From the NCBI GenBank assembly GCA_026770705.1, contig JANJGN010000032.1, positions 18,600,001 to 18,664,000 of the forward strand: a stretch of 64,000 nt of DNA, read 5' to 3'. Source of the DNA: Isurus oxyrinchus (taxonomy: Eukaryota). How positions within the stretch are numbered: position 1 is the stretch's first letter; each line of letters starts with the position of its first letter. This document shows positions 22,901-37,900 of this stretch, in pieces. Both the position numbers and the translations under genes were made by a program. The notes under the pieces are model-generated. The model made no database searches and was not told the origin of the DNA. It saw only the letters and a list, made by a program, of their open reading frames with translations.

Positions 22901-25900
22901 CCCCTGTGAAGGACAATGCACTTCATTGCAAGTATCCTGCGCAAAGCCCATATGTGGTAGGTCACTTTGAAAAGAATGCAAAAAATAATTGCTGCAAGAA
23001 ATCGCACAGCCTATGTTTGTAAGCAATTTAAATGTTATGGCGATGATAGGTCTTTGTCTTCAATTGATGCTTGCACTGATTACCGAATCATCTTAGGGAA
23101 AAATAAAACATTCCTCTTTTGAACTTTGACATTTTAAACCAGAGCTGCTCACCTACAGTAAGTCTCCGTTATGTCTCATTTTAACGTCAGTCAGTTAATG
23201 GGACCTGTATTCTCGTTTAGTGTCGCAAGATTCGTTTTAGTCATTACTGCCAATCTGTCATAAAGCTGCGTGACCCAATTGGCACCATATTGGAACAGCC
23301 TCTCCCGCTCCCTAACCCACCGTCTTTGTGCCAACCCTGTGCCGCTCCCTGACTCACCCTCTTGCCGGACCTTGCTCTCCTCGAATCTCCCACACCCTGA
23401 CTCTCCCGCTTGTGCTTCCCTATTCCTGAACCTGAATTCCCATTCAAGGAAGGTTCTAGGTCCAGTTCCAGGTCCAATCCAAAGCCAGAGCCCCAGTATT
23501 GTGAAAGTGTGGGTCCTGACCATGCAGAAGTGCTGAGCTGGGGCTGTTATAACTGATGGGTGGGATTTTCCAGCCCCTCCCACCACCGGGATTGTCCGAT
23601 CCCGCTGAAAGTCAATGGACTTTTGATTGGGTCACCGGATCTTCTGCGGCAGGTCCCGCCATGACAGTGCTGGAAAATCCCGGCTGATTTCTTTATTAAT
23701 GTGTATAGTAGTATCTGAAGCCAGGAATGAGCTTACTTTTGCACAATATCGCTGTCTGCTGCGCACATTTCCAACAGTCCTCACTGCAATCATGTCCCCA
23801 GAGTCTTAACGCTGGCACTTTTTTTTTTAAGTGATTTGAGTCAAAGACTTAAGTCAAAGCTGTTCCTCCTGCCTTTCGCTTGCTCATCTCCAAGCTCTTG
23901 ATCACAGTGAGGGTTCAGCAGAGGGAAGTGGTGAGTGGGAATGATTTTTAAAAAAAAACATTGATTATAATAGCCCCAGCTCAGCACCTCTGCACCACAC
24001 TTAAGGACCCGCACTTTCACAACCCTGGAGCTCTGGCTTCGGATTGGATCTGGACCTTCAAGAGATGGAGAGTTGGGGAGTGGGAGGTTTGGTGACAGGG
24101 TGAGCCAGGGAGTGGTAGAGGTCACAAGTCGAGGGGTGAGCAGCAAGTATGTGGGTTGGGGAGTGGGAAAGGCAACAAGCCAGAGGGTCGGCAGCAAGAG
24201 GATGGGTTGGGGAATGGGAAAGGCAGCAAGTTGGAGGGTTAGTGAGAGGAAGGGTCCGTGGTGATCAGGAAGGTCAGAGAGCAGGATGTGTGACGAGCGG
24301 GAGGTTTGAGAAGCGGGTTTGGTGGCAAGCAGGATCAGTTGCGAGCAGGAAGTTAACATATTTCTTTCAGATTTTAAAATTTGTTATTTCAAAAGTTATT
24401 TCATTTACCAATATAGGAATTTAGCAATGTAAAGTATTTCAACTTACAGGGTATATTGTTTTATTTATTTTTTCTGATGAGAAAGGTTCTGTAAGGCCTA
24501 ACTACAGCTTTTACATTGATTTTAATGGGAAAATCTGAATTGCTTAAAGTCGCGATTTTTAGAAACGCAACTATCACTTTAAGTGAGGACTTACTGTAAT
24601 CTTTGTGCATCTCTGCCAAACTTGTGCACTACTGTACTATATTACACAGTTGTTCAGAGCACGCTGTATTTTTTGGCTCTTGTACAAGATTCAAGACCAA
24701 GCTGTGAAGCAGATTTATGGGGAAAGGGAAACTGTAAGAGGGAGCTAAGGCTCCCTCAAAAGAGTCGAGCTAATCGTAGGTATGACTGTCAATCTACGAG
24801 CCTTGTATTAAGGAGTTGGTAGAATAGGCCTGATATAAGGCATTGAACTTTGCCATTTAGAACACTGAAGTGGCTAGCATATCACAAGCTTTGATTCATC
24901 TTTACACAGAGTAGGGACATCTGTCATATAGCTGATGAGGTGACTTAGGATGATGTGTGTTGAAAGGCATTACCAAGAAGCTGGTATATTCAGCTCTGGG
25001 TGTCTACCTTGTTTGGGTTGCAGAGTCAAGCACTTTTGTGACTGCAATTTGTGTAATTGCCATCTCCTGGGATATGAGATGTACCCAGGCTGTATTCAAG
25101 GGCATGTGCTATTAATTACAAATGTTATGGTCTTTTGTGCTGATCAAGAGGAATTTCTGATGCATGCTATCCACCTCGTGAACTACATCCTGTACTTGTC
25201 ACTAAAACACTTTGTTGTGGGATCTCCCTGTGTGCAAATTGGCTGCCATGTTTTCTACATTACAACAGGGGCTGCCCTTCAAAAGTATTTAATTGGCTGT
25301 TGGGCACTTTAGGACATCCTGAGATCGTGAAAAGCGCTGTACATAAATAAGTTCTTTTTGTCAGTGTCTAATGATCAACTGGCAACTACATTCCTTAGAG
25401 AAAAATATTCCCTTTGAAATTGTTTATGGGAGATTGAAATAGAGTCAATCCTTTGTGGCATGCTCCATAACCTGATGGCTGAGCCAGACAGCTCATATTA
25501 CTTCAATGATTGATCAGCCAGCTTGGCTCATTGGGATCTTCAAGTATCTTGAGGCACAGATATCACTGTGGGCTAGCGTTCTTCCCAGTTGGCTCCCAAT
25601 AACTCTGATACAAAACAACTTCAGATAGGCAACATGCAGTTTTCCTGGTGTTTTGTGCTGAAAAGCTGCATTTTTAGCTATTTAAATTCCAACAGTACCG
25701 AGCAGCACAAATGGGAGTCCCTGAGCCTTGACTTTTTCTCCCTTGCATTCAATTTAACTACGAAGGGTGTGTGCCAAATGGAGAAGAATTACGTGGAATT
25801 ACATGGAATGTACAGCAAAGAAACAGGCCATTCGGCCCAACAAGTCTGTGCTGGTGTTTATGCTCCACATGAGCCCCTTTCCTTCCCTTTTCACCTCATC

Positions 25901-28900
25901 CCTGCAGCCCTGCAATTTTTTTCTCTTCTGATAATGATCTAATTCTCTTGAAATCAACGATTGAATCTGCCCCCACCACACTCAGGCAGTGCATTGCAGA
26001 TCCTAACCACTTGCTGAGTTTTTTAAAAAAATTTCCTCATGTCACTTCTTTTGCCAACTGCCTTAAATCAGTTATCTGGTTCTTGACCTATCCACCAATG
26101 AGAACAATTTCTCCCTTTCTTGAAATATTGATGCCTATTTTAAGTAATCCAGCGTTCAGGTCAATTTATTTTGTTGCGTAAACATCACTTACTGCAGATT
26201 GTCTGAAAAGCACTGAACTGCTTTTTGGCGAGGCTTTTGATGCAGTAATGAGAAAGTAATGCAACTTGAACCGCAGATCTTGAGGGGCTATGTCTCAATG
26301 GTTCCTCACCATGAATTCCAAGCTGTGAGAACCACATTTGAAGAATCCTGTGTTTTTTTTTAAATCTTGACCAAATGTCTGAGGTTATGCAAATCTAGTA
26401 TGCAAGTAGACCTAATATTTCTGTTAAAACTGCTAAAAACTTTGACCTTGCAAGACCCTATAGATAGCTCATGAGACGTCTGGATTTGGATCCATCAACC
26501 CCCCTCAATTCCCATTGTGAACTAGAATCATTTTTGTTTGACATCTGCACCATAAGCTCTAATTTCAATGTTAGAAGAATCTTGACTCAACTGAGTGTTT
26601 TCTTGAGGGTTAACCCTTCAATTGCACATGAGCAAGTGGCAATTGACAAACAGCAGGATGTAAGTGTGCTTCCCTACTAACAACTGTTTTAATAAACTTG
26701 TTTTATTTCCCTTTTCCAGGTGGTTTTAAGATCCTTGGAAGACATTCCAACATTGTATTAGATAAAATCTACAAAACAGTCTGATTTTTGATAAATGTTA
26801 TACACCTTACATTAGTTTATTATGATATTAAAACTACAGCAATGCAGACAGCTGTTTTGTGGGGGAAAAAATCAAGGTCACTAATGTCCTCACTTCCTAT
26901 GTTGCCAGCCTTGCATTTTCCATCACCTCTAACACAATTCCATCACCAAACAAGTTTTCCTACCTCTCTCCACGATGCCTTGATTCACTCTTCCACCACA
27001 CCATCAACAAGCACCTTCTTATGTGAACAGAGCAGGCCTCAGTGGCACAGAAGTCTTGCAGAAGAAAGCAGGTTGATGCGAAGGTTGCCCTGCCAGCATG
27101 GTCTTCTGAAGGAAGGTCCCCACCAGAAGCACCAACCCATCCCACCTCTCTATTTTCCCCCTCCCAGAACCACTGCTCACTCATTTTAGATTGCCATCAC
27201 TTCCTGTGGAAGAGGAAGTGGGAGTTGAGGTCTGAGCTAATGGAATTTATCACATCCAAAATTTCCAAATTCATATCATGTATTTTTCTTTGGAAGTTTT
27301 CTTCATTCAGCCAACTCCATGATTACAGACAGATTACACACGGCACTATGTTTTGGGAAGCCAGATTCCCATACCTGAAACATAATTCAATCTGGAAAAC
27401 AACTATGAATCATTAGAATAGTACAGCATAGAAAGACAGAAACACAGAATTTGGCCCATTGAGTCTGCACTGGCTCTTTCAAAGAGCAATCCAGTTGGTC
27501 CCACACTCCTGCTCTTCCCTATATTCCTGCAACTTTTTCTCCTGTGATGTCAGTTCAACAAACAGCTGCTGGCTACTGAATACACACATTAATAATTTAA
27601 ACACACAATGTTTCTCATTCTCTTTCTCTCCCCACCCCCATATCCTACCAGCCAATCACCTTTGATCTTTATTTTGAACCATCATTGTTTCTGTCCCCAA
27701 TAAACCCTAAAATGTACCAGCACGATAATAAATTATTTTATAATCTAATCCTCTCCATATCAACACGTTAAATACAAATATACATGCAGTCATGGAACTT
27801 GGGTCTGAAAATCCCATTAACATTGACTAAATACTCTGAATAAGTCAAATTATGTTTTTATTGCAACCTCTTTAAATGAGTACCCTGATAATGTATGGTA
27901 CATGGGATAAAAGAAGCAATTGTCTCACTCAATGTGAGCAATGCCACATGAGGTATACTAAAAACCTTTAAACATTTACAAAACTACTAAGACAACGCCC
28001 TTTTTTTGTGTAACTGTTCATGTTTCGATAGGCATGCTGTGCATTAACTACATGCGGAACATGCCAACAGTCTAAGGTACCTGCCAACAGTGAAGTTTGC
28101 AAAATTTTGAACTGCTACAAAATTATATTTTTCTGGATCCAGTGGCTTGTTTTCCTGATATATTTTCTATAAATGTAATCACTGTAATATTGCCTTATTA
28201 TATTTTCCTTTCTTGCAGATGGGAAGATCGTCATACATGCCCTGCAATCGTCCCACTCTACCCCTTGCCTGGGGCCGTGCCTCCTGCATTGCTAAACTGG
28301 GTACCAGAGGTAACCTGCTGTAAAGAATTGCCATATTCCATGTGTAAAACTTGGCACTTTGGATGCGGAATGACAGTCCATCGTAAACATGGTTTTATCT
28401 TGAACCATCTCCTTAGTTTTCTTCTCCCGTTTTGTCTTGACTTGTCTATCTGCATAGGAGAAAGCCTATGTACAAAACTCATCAATGTTGTATAAAAATA
28501 TAGTTTATATTCTTAAATTGATTTTTTCCATCTTGTCTTCCTATCCTATTTATAAAAACGTCCAAGCACTTCTTTCAAATCGATAGTTTTGATCATTTCA
28601 AGAAGTACACCTATATCTCTGCATGAAGAATAATCTGGCTCAGTTAGGGATTACTCTTAGATGTAATCCAGAAAAGAAGCATTAGTTAACCAGTGTTCTG
28701 TAATGAACCACTGTTGTAGAGAAGGTGCTGAGGCCTCTGGTTATACTGTGGTGCGGCCTGATGCTAGGACTGACATGCACCAATCTTCTTGCATAGATGG
28801 TGATATCAGTGCCTTTATGTTACTGTCTCCAGCCTGGTAATTGTAAAGATTCCCCTAATACTCTTATACCCAGTCAGGGCCAGTTTTAACTGACAAACTT

Positions 28901-31900
28901 TCCAATTGATGCATCTTTTGTAAATGCAGGAGACAAGCTGTTAACTTTGTATATACTATGTATTCTTGGACATGGACTCTTTGAGAACATGTGGTGTGTA
29001 ATGTGCAGATGGCAATTTATAGACTTGCCCTTCATTTCTGAAACTGGTTTGGTACAGGCATTCACAGCATCGCTGGTAGAAAATCACTGTGCTTGCTCCT
29101 TCCATTGTTAGCCTTTTAATACCAACCAACTTCCCAGACTGGTAAGAATGTGAATTCTATTTGGAATTAGGAAGGGTGAACTCATTATTCTGGCACTTAG
29201 GAATCTAGTACCCATCTATGTTGACCAACTCCTGCATAGTCTCATAACGGAGGCGTATCTCAGAAAAACAAGGTACCAGTAGGGAATCTCTTCTGGACTT
29301 GGAATTCTCCTCAGTGCAGCTATTTATTACTATGGGCCTGATTTTAACTCAGTGAATAGGTTTTCAGTCAGTTAAAATATATGATTCTAAGGCTATCTTC
29401 CTTTTCCAATGTGACCTTCACTCAAAATAGTGGGGGAAAAATAGAGAGCTGAACAAGGTAGTATTCTGGACCCTTGGATGCTGGAAAGCTATAGCAGATG
29501 ATTATGTTCTCAAGGTACCTTGAGAATGTCATTGACGCAGATTCAAATGGACTGTGGCAAAGTATCTATGGATTTTTTTCCCTTCACTGAATAGGGACCT
29601 ACTCTATTTTTGGACATGTTTTTCCCTCCTGCGTAGCATTTGTTTGTAGTTTTCACTTTTGAAAGAATGAAGACCACTCCCATAACAGAGAATGCAACTT
29701 TTTTGATCAATGAAGTAATTTTCTAGCCCTGCTCCTTTACTAGTTGTATAACATAATTTGGGCAAGGTGTCAGTCAGGCCACCAGGTTCAAACTTTCACT
29801 CATTTTGACTTGACTGCAGACCAAAAGCCCAAATTATGTTAACATAGAATTCATTTTCTGCTATAGACCAGCCTTTTTTTTTATTTTTCCCAAGGTTGAC
29901 CGCATGTACTTAAAGGTATGTAGAATCGAAATACATTGTGCTTCCCGGCTTTGTTCAATCTCTATGACACTACAAATTATGAAGTGTTCAAAATTACTGC
30001 AAAAGTACATTCATTTTCTGTGTTTTCTGGTACTTACTATTTTAGCTTTGAAAGATTTAATACTTTGCCATTTGCTTTCCCTTTCAGGCACAGGTACTGA
30101 AATAAGTTCTCCAAGCAGCATTCTTCAGCCAATCAAACTATATAACCAAGTTAGCAGTAGACAGCATTTCTCAGCCCAGAAATCAGCCAGATGTAAACCT
30201 GATGGCCTGGACTTCAACTTGGTCTGTATATGTCTCTGGATAGTGGTGATAGCGTATGAAGTGTCTTGGTATTCTTTGCAAATGAGCAGAACTATAGTTT
30301 GTGCAAACATTTCTTTTCCACCGCGCACCTCCCCCAAATAACCAGGCTCACTAGAGCAATGTGTTGAGATGGTAAGATAGCTTTGTGAATTATAAATTTC
30401 TTTTCTTTACTTCCTTCCCTTCACCCTCCACCCCCAATCCCCAAAACACAGGGATATCTAATCTAGTTGGTGGCTATTTACAGTGTAAAGTTCTTTATTA
30501 AATGAAGCTATTCATGTTAGATGCAATCTCAGTCAAACTATTTGGGAAGCCAAGTATCTTTTCACTCTTAAAGTGGAGTCAGTTAGAGGCGTTCTTTCCC
30601 TCCCAGTAGCTAATCATGAAGTGACTAGGAATAAGGTTGATCATCTTGGCCATCGAGTGGCACAGGATCACCAAAGGAGGGAGAAATTATAGTCATTTAT
30701 TTCTTTAGCCCCCCCTGTCTCTACTTGCTCAGCCCATAGGAGATACAAACTTAGAATGCAGCAGGAGTGAGTCAGACCATGAAGTGAAAAATTCCATACT
30801 AGAGCAACTGTTTTACTACTTGCCTATTAGATAGAAACATAGAAAATAGGAGCAGGAGTAGGCCATTCGGCCCTTCGAGCCTGCTCCACCATTCATTATG
30901 ATCATGGCTGATCATCCAACTCAACAGCCTGCTCCTGCTTTCTCCCCATACCCTTTGATCCCTTTTGCCCCAAGAGCTATATCTAACTCCTTCTTGAAAA
31001 CATACAATGTTTTGGTCTCAACTACTTTCTGTGGTAATGAATTCCACAGGCTCACCACTCTCTGGGTGAATAAATTTCTCATCTCAGTCCTAAATGGTCT
31101 AGCCCATATCCTCAGACTGTGATCCCAGGTTCCGGACTCCCCCAGCATCGGGAACATCCTTCCTACATCTACCCTGTCTAGTCCTGTTAGAATTTTATAG
31201 GTTTCTATGAGATCCCCCCTCATTCTTCTGAACTGCAGCGAATATAATCCTAAACGACTCAATCTCTCCTCTTGTGTCAGTCCCACCATCCCAGGAATCA
31301 GTCGGGTAAACCTTCACTGCACTCCCTCTATAGCAAGTACATCCTTCCTCAGATAAGGAGACCAAAACTGCTCATAATATTCCAGGTGTGGTCTCACCAA
31401 GGCCCTGTACAATTGCAGAAAGACACCCCTGTTCCTGAATCATTTGTCTCTCAATTAAATTAACCTTTTCAAGTTCTGGCAAACTTGGGTTTTGTGAAAT
31501 CTCCTTTGAACTAATAGCTCCTATTTATCAACCTTTTGCTTTGTGTCCTCACTAACCGATTACTTGGGATTTATGGGTCGTTTCACTAAATAAAATTGAG
31601 ACAGTCAGATTCTGTCGCTTTGGGATAACGGCTGTGCAATTCTGAGATTGGGTTTGAAGCGTAGTCCTGGACTACGTATACTCAAGCTTTGCATCCTAGG
31701 TGATCCTATGGCAGATGCAAAGTAGGGGAAACAGTGTATGGCGTGTATGAACAATTGATTTGCAAAGTATATGGGCAATAGTCTCAATGAACAGGCAAGT
31801 TGATTTTGTCTTCCTAACACTGAATAATTTTTCGCATGTTGAAGAATTAAACTGTGGGAATTGTAAAACATTTTGTTTAAGGAAGAAATTGGAGAAGGAA

Positions 31901-34900
31901 GGAAGAGCATATATGGAATGAGGTTTGTTTTTCCCTCATTCCAGCTATTCTACAAATACACCTCTTGTTTCAGTTCCGCCTAGTTCAAATAAACTGAGAT
32001 AGATTAATAGCAGCTGTGCAAGCGAAGTTACCAGGTCAAAATGGTACTATTAAAATCTTAATCCCTGTAGCCAAATTTACCTAATCTCCTAATTTGGCCA
32101 TTTTTCTCTCTCTTTGTGTATATTTTTCCCTCCCCACTTAAAATCTGAATATTCTAGAACATAACGTTTTCTTCATCTCTCTCTTCAGATGGATAGAGCT
32201 TGTGAATCCAATAGTTCTGTTGCTTCCACATTTGTTTCTGCTGGAGGTCCTGGCACTTTGAAACCAGATGCCAAAGGTAGATAGAAAAAAATCTTGTACT
32301 TATATTGCGCCTTTCAAGACCTTGGGACGTCTCAAAGTGCTTCCCAGCTAATGAAGCACTCTTGAAGTGTAGTTGCTGTTGTAACGTTGATAAATACAGC
32401 AGCAGTTTTTTGCACAGCAAGTTTCCACAAACAGCGATGTGATAATGACGCAGCAGGTTGGGTGACCTGATCCCAGCGCTGTCCTTAACTGAATGTTAGG
32501 AGTCAAATGAGTGACCTAGCGGTGACTCCCCATTCATTTTTTTCCTTTTGCAGAATGGCCAGGAATTGCTCAGCAGAATTCTGTTTAGTACCCACCAGTA
32601 ATTCAACTCTAAGTAGGATACAGATCAACATTCAAAGTAACTACATTTCGCAAACTAGACTTGGTGCAAGTTAGGATATGGAAAGCAATGTTTTAAATGA
32701 GCTTAAGCTAAGTTTATTGAGTGTGCAAGATAGGAGGCTGATCTGTTGTGTCTGGAACATGGATGAGCATTTCAGCAGCAAATGAGCTGAGGCCGACGGG
32801 GGTGGTTGGGGGGGGGTGGGGGGGGGTGGGGGGGGGGAGGGGGGTGGTGGTGGCTGCAGTTGGTAGACAGGTGGAAATGGAAGTAGGTGGACTTTGACGG
32901 AGAGGATGAAATCTCAATTCAGCATCAAATAAGACGCAGAGGTTGCAAACAATTTGGCTTAGCCAAAGATGGTAGAGGCAATTCAGGAATGTAGCATGGG
33001 ATGTGGGTGACACTGGCTAGGCCAGTATTTATTGCCCATCCATAATTCCCCTTGTTCAGAGGGCATTTTTAAGAGCCAACCACAATGCTGTGGGTCTGGA
33101 GTCACATGTCACAGCAGATTTTCTTCCCTAAAGGACATTGGTGAACCATATGGGTTTTTATGACAATCGACAATGGTCATCATTAGACTTTTAATTCCAG
33201 ATTTTTATTGAATTCTGCTGTGGCAATATGAACATATTGTGCCACAGACATGTCAATATTTGTATCGCCCTAAGATGAAACTAATATTGTGAAAACTTCT
33301 TTTTCAGATCTAGAAATGCAAACACCCAACAGAGTGTTACAACCACCTAACCATCACTTCAGCAGTACTCGGGCTCCATCATCTCAAAACCTATGGCATC
33401 CAAGATATATGCCAGCTCCCCCAACAAGTGTGGTCAGTACACATCTAAGGTTGTATTTGAACTGGTGGTTTGTGTATTAGATTTCATAGAAATCATTTTG
33501 AGCATCAATGATCAAAAGGTAGTAGATTTGTACAATAAATTAGTAATTGAAAATGTCCTATCTGAGGAAATTGGAAACTTTGTATATTAATACGTATTCA
33601 ACCTTAAGGTTAAGGTATGTCTTTTCTTCTTTCTCTTCCTGCTAATTTCTTATCTTCACCCTCACCTAGTGTCAACTGTTCAAGCCTTTTGATTGTCACT
33701 TGTGTATGTGGGGCAGGGTTGTGGTGCATTGGGGAGGGTAGGGAAGTCTTATCACAGCCACAATGATTCATTCTTCTTCCTTCCTCTATTTTTCTTTTCC
33801 TACCCAGGCCAACTGAGGCCAATTAAAGTGTCTCTTTGAGCGCTGTGGCTAAGATCAGCTAACCCAGCACAGACTGGGTTAGAACACAAATATACGTGTG
33901 GTCCCACTCCCAAAAAATAAGATGACTAGCCTGCCGACACTTGCAGTCTGGGGTCACATATAAAGAATCCACATTTAGGTGAGGTACTGCAGAAGTGTAA
34001 AACGATACATCAGCATGAGTTACCATCTTTACAAGAAAGCGGTTGGGGTGAATAAAGCAACTTGCTGGAAACAAAATAGGAATTCATGTTCAAGTGTACT
34101 GTCTAAGATTTTAACTCTTGACAGTTAATTGTGTTAAGTAAAAAGAGTGGTGTTTTCCCTTGAACACTGCATTAATTGTTAGTTGAATTGCATTTACAGC
34201 ATAATTGTAAACTCAGTTCAGAACAAGTTTATTGAAGTAAAATCAATTAAGTTCTAAAATACTGCATACTCAAATGCTGCCACTAATCATGAATATTTAG
34301 TGACCATGTGGGCTCAGAAACTTAATAAAGAATTTGTTCTTTAAATGCCATTAGAGGTTCAAAAGGAGGTCATTACTGGTTCAAAATTAGTGTTCATGCT
34401 TAATGATGTGACTAAAAATCACAATGTCGGTTTGACTTCAAAATGAGTAGTTAAATGTTTTCCTGTTGCTACTAATATTCTTAATAGATTTGAAAATTCA
34501 TACTAATTTGTCGTGTCCCATCTCCTGTATGTATGTGTTATTCAGAAATCTGGTCTAGATTCTTTTGTCAAACTAACTTTATTCATTCCTACAGGTTTCC
34601 ACTTACAAACCTGTGAATTGGTCAAATGTTCACTCTCTTAAGAGCAAAACAAATGAAGATAGTGCCTTGAACCATGTAAAGGATGGTGAATATCTGCCAA
34701 TGGTGGGTGAAGGATAGTGAGACCTTATCTGTGTTACGTAGCACATTACCAGTTTAACCAATGGAAAAAGTTGTAATGATCATTCTAAGACTACTGTATA
34801 TACTCCTTGTACGACAAGAATTTATGTCACTGGGGTTGAAAGAACTGTCTTAAAACCTATCTTTTTGGCCAAGCTGTCAGTCACCTGTTCTAACTCTCCT

Positions 34901-37900
34901 ATTGTGGCTTGGAATCCATTCCTTTTTCTCTCCCTTTGTAAAGTGCCTCAAAGTTTTTCTCTATTAAATTTGTTATATTCAACAACAACTTGGATCCATA
35001 AGGTTGCTAAATATGCTAAACCACCATTGTCCAAATAGCTGGTCACTTCTCAAACAAAATGTAGAAATTGCCATTCTCAAAATTAAAGAGGAGTGGCCAC
35101 ATTGGTTACCTATTTTTTATTTCAAATTAGGTGGACCTCCTGATATTCTAGATTGTTAACTGTCTTAATTACAACTTTTAAGTAGTCTTGTAAACACAAG
35201 AAATCAAAGCTGAAAAGAAAAAGACGTGCATTTATATAGTGTTTTTCACAACCAGACATCTTGAAGCACTGTACAACCAATGAAGTACTTTTGAAGTTAG
35301 TTTTGTAGTTATTGTTGCATTATAGGAAGCATGGCAGCTAATTTGTGTACAGCAAGCTCCCACAAATAACAATGTGATAACCTGTCTTTTGTTATGTTGA
35401 TTGAGGGTTAAATATTGGCCAGGACACCGGGGAGAACTCCCCTACTCCTCTTCAAAATAGTGCCAAGGGATCTTTTACATCTATCTGAGCAGGCAGGTGA
35501 AGTCTTGGTTTAATGTCTCATCTGAAAGATAGCACCTCCAGCAGTGCAGCACTCCCTCAGTACTCCATTGGTGTGCTAGCGTAGATTTTTATACTCAGGC
35601 TAGGAGCTTGAATTCAAAACCTGGTAACTCAGGCAGGAATATTACCTATTAAACCACAGCTAACACTATGACCTTCAGTGTTGTTCCATCATCTGTCGCT
35701 AGGAGGTGCACTCTCTGGGACTGCCACCAGTGTTTCCCAATTCTCTAGTAGTGTGCATATTAAGTTGTGAATAATAACATCAAAGTAAAGGTGTGATGAG
35801 ATTTTGCACTGCATATATAATGCGTATGACATTCCCTATTTTAGGATCAGATAGTACTTCGTCTTTTTAATGATTCAGAAGATCCAAATGAAGTAGAGAA
35901 AGCAACAGAGACGCCAAGCTTAAAGGAAGAATTGGAAAGACCAAAGTCCAAGCAGGATCCGAGCCTGGTTGATTTAAAACTGGTAAAGCTAAAGGTACAA
36001 GAACCAGCGTTTAATGGCTATAATTTAAACAGTAGTTACAATATAGAATATTTTGTTGACTTTCTATCACTTGAGTGTTATAAATCCTTGCTCCTTTCAC
36101 AGGCTCATTAACTTCCTTCCCTTTTCCCCCCAATTTCATATGGGAGGTGGGTGGGGAAAGAAAGAAAAAAGTGGAACTCTGTCTGTTCCCCGTCTCTCCT
36201 CCAGCATCCTTATTTTTTAAAAACTGTGAACTAATAGTTATTGTAATTAATTTATAATTCTCTCAACCTAAGGTACTAAGACTAACAGGAGTGTTTTTTT
36301 TTTAGTATTCTCTTGGTTTTAATTTCTACTGCTAATATTCCTCTTCTGCTTCTGTTTCCTGGCTAAAAGAACAGGCAGAAGAGCTGCTCAACTCTTTGCC
36401 AATACTTCTCTCTCCACTACTCACAATGACATGGCTGAGCTTTCACTGTCTCTGCATCTTTCTTTGCAATTCATGATTTAAGAGTGGAGTACTACATCAT
36501 CAATAAGTTTCATTTCCTCCAGGTTCTTGAGATGTTGTGATTTTTTTTTAATATATTTTACAGAACATTGAACTTCTTTCACAACAGCTTCAGAAAGAGA
36601 TGCAGGAGGTAAAGGTGATTGAAGAGACGCTCATAGAAAATGGCTGTGAAGCAAATGCACCTGTCTTCCTGGAAGAACATCCCAATTTGGCTGGTGCTGT
36701 CTTGAAAAGCAGACCAATTGCCACAGCCTTGAAACAGCAAGAAGCTGAAGAACGTGTTCTTCCTTCACATTGTACAGCCCTGACTTCCAAGCCAGCACTT
36801 AAGCCTGTGGACTGTTCAGTACAGACTAACAGTGTTTCTGGAGCTGCAAATAGTTTTCCTACCATTGCCTGCCAGTCCGAGATGTTGCTTCCTTCTACTG
36901 AGCTGGCTTTGAATATGATGGACATGTTGCCCACACCCATTTTCCATAGCTCTTCACGCTTGTACACAACTGCCCAAGGGTTGAAATTCCAATCCCCTTT
37001 TTGTAGTGGAAGCAGAGGTGAGCTATTTATCATAGAATCATTTATATATGTAGATTTGGGAAGTTAGGTAGCTTTTATAATGAAAGGATTGTTGTATGGT
37101 ATTACTACAGTATAATCTCCTCAGCAAGGTGGCATATAGAATTGTCAGAGCAAACTTAGCATTTGCTTGTTTATGCATGAGACTGGTGTAAACAAGGTAA
37201 CAAACTTACAACAAAATTTGCTGTGTACAAAGCTGTGGTAATATCTACCCTCCTATATGCAAGTGTGACATGGACTACTCCAGACATATTAAGCAGTTGG
37301 AGAGGTTCCACATGAGACGCATTCGGAACATCATGGGCATCAAATGGGACAGGATGAGAAATGCCATGTTATTAAGGTAGACAGCAACTCTCTATTTATG
37401 GTCTTGGACAACCTTGCCGATTAAATCAATTATCCTTCCTTCAGCACCTGCCTTCCACGTTGAAAATCCTTTTAAACTTAGAATTTAAATTAAATGACTT
37501 GTGCTGTTTCATTGTTAGTCTGATAGTTGGTTATAAAGCTAGTGAAAATGTTTCAATTCTAAGTGATTAAAGATTAAAATTACAAAGTGATTGGGATTTC
37601 CACATAAATAATGATATTGAAATAAATCACATTGCAATATCCATCACTTTGTGAGAATTTACAGTGTCTATTTTAGAGTGAGATACATAGCACCCATCCC
37701 ATCTGATTTGAATCCCTGTTTAGTCTCTGAACTAAAAGTGTCCAGCAGAAACTGGAATGTTCATTCCAACAGCTAGATCTCTAAAGAGGAACACAAGTCC
37801 CTCTAGATGTCTGGAATTATTTAAAACATTCCATATCACCTGCAAAAGCAGCATTTTTTAAAAGGATAAAGACTTGCATTTGTGTAGCACCTTATTGTAC

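Noticed and set aside
24070-24310. CRISPR-like or coding repeat array
   Set aside because: Degenerate tandem units without unique spacers inside a DNA-transposon remnant; eukaryotic context
26720-26790. Extra TROAP exon after a strong acceptor (cttttccag)
   Set aside because: Phase 0 hits TAG after 13 codons, there is no good donor, and exons 6 and 7 already join in frame
37577-37660. Hairpin as a pre-miRNA
   Set aside because: Short imperfect AT-rich stem with a large loop; more likely a decayed MITE
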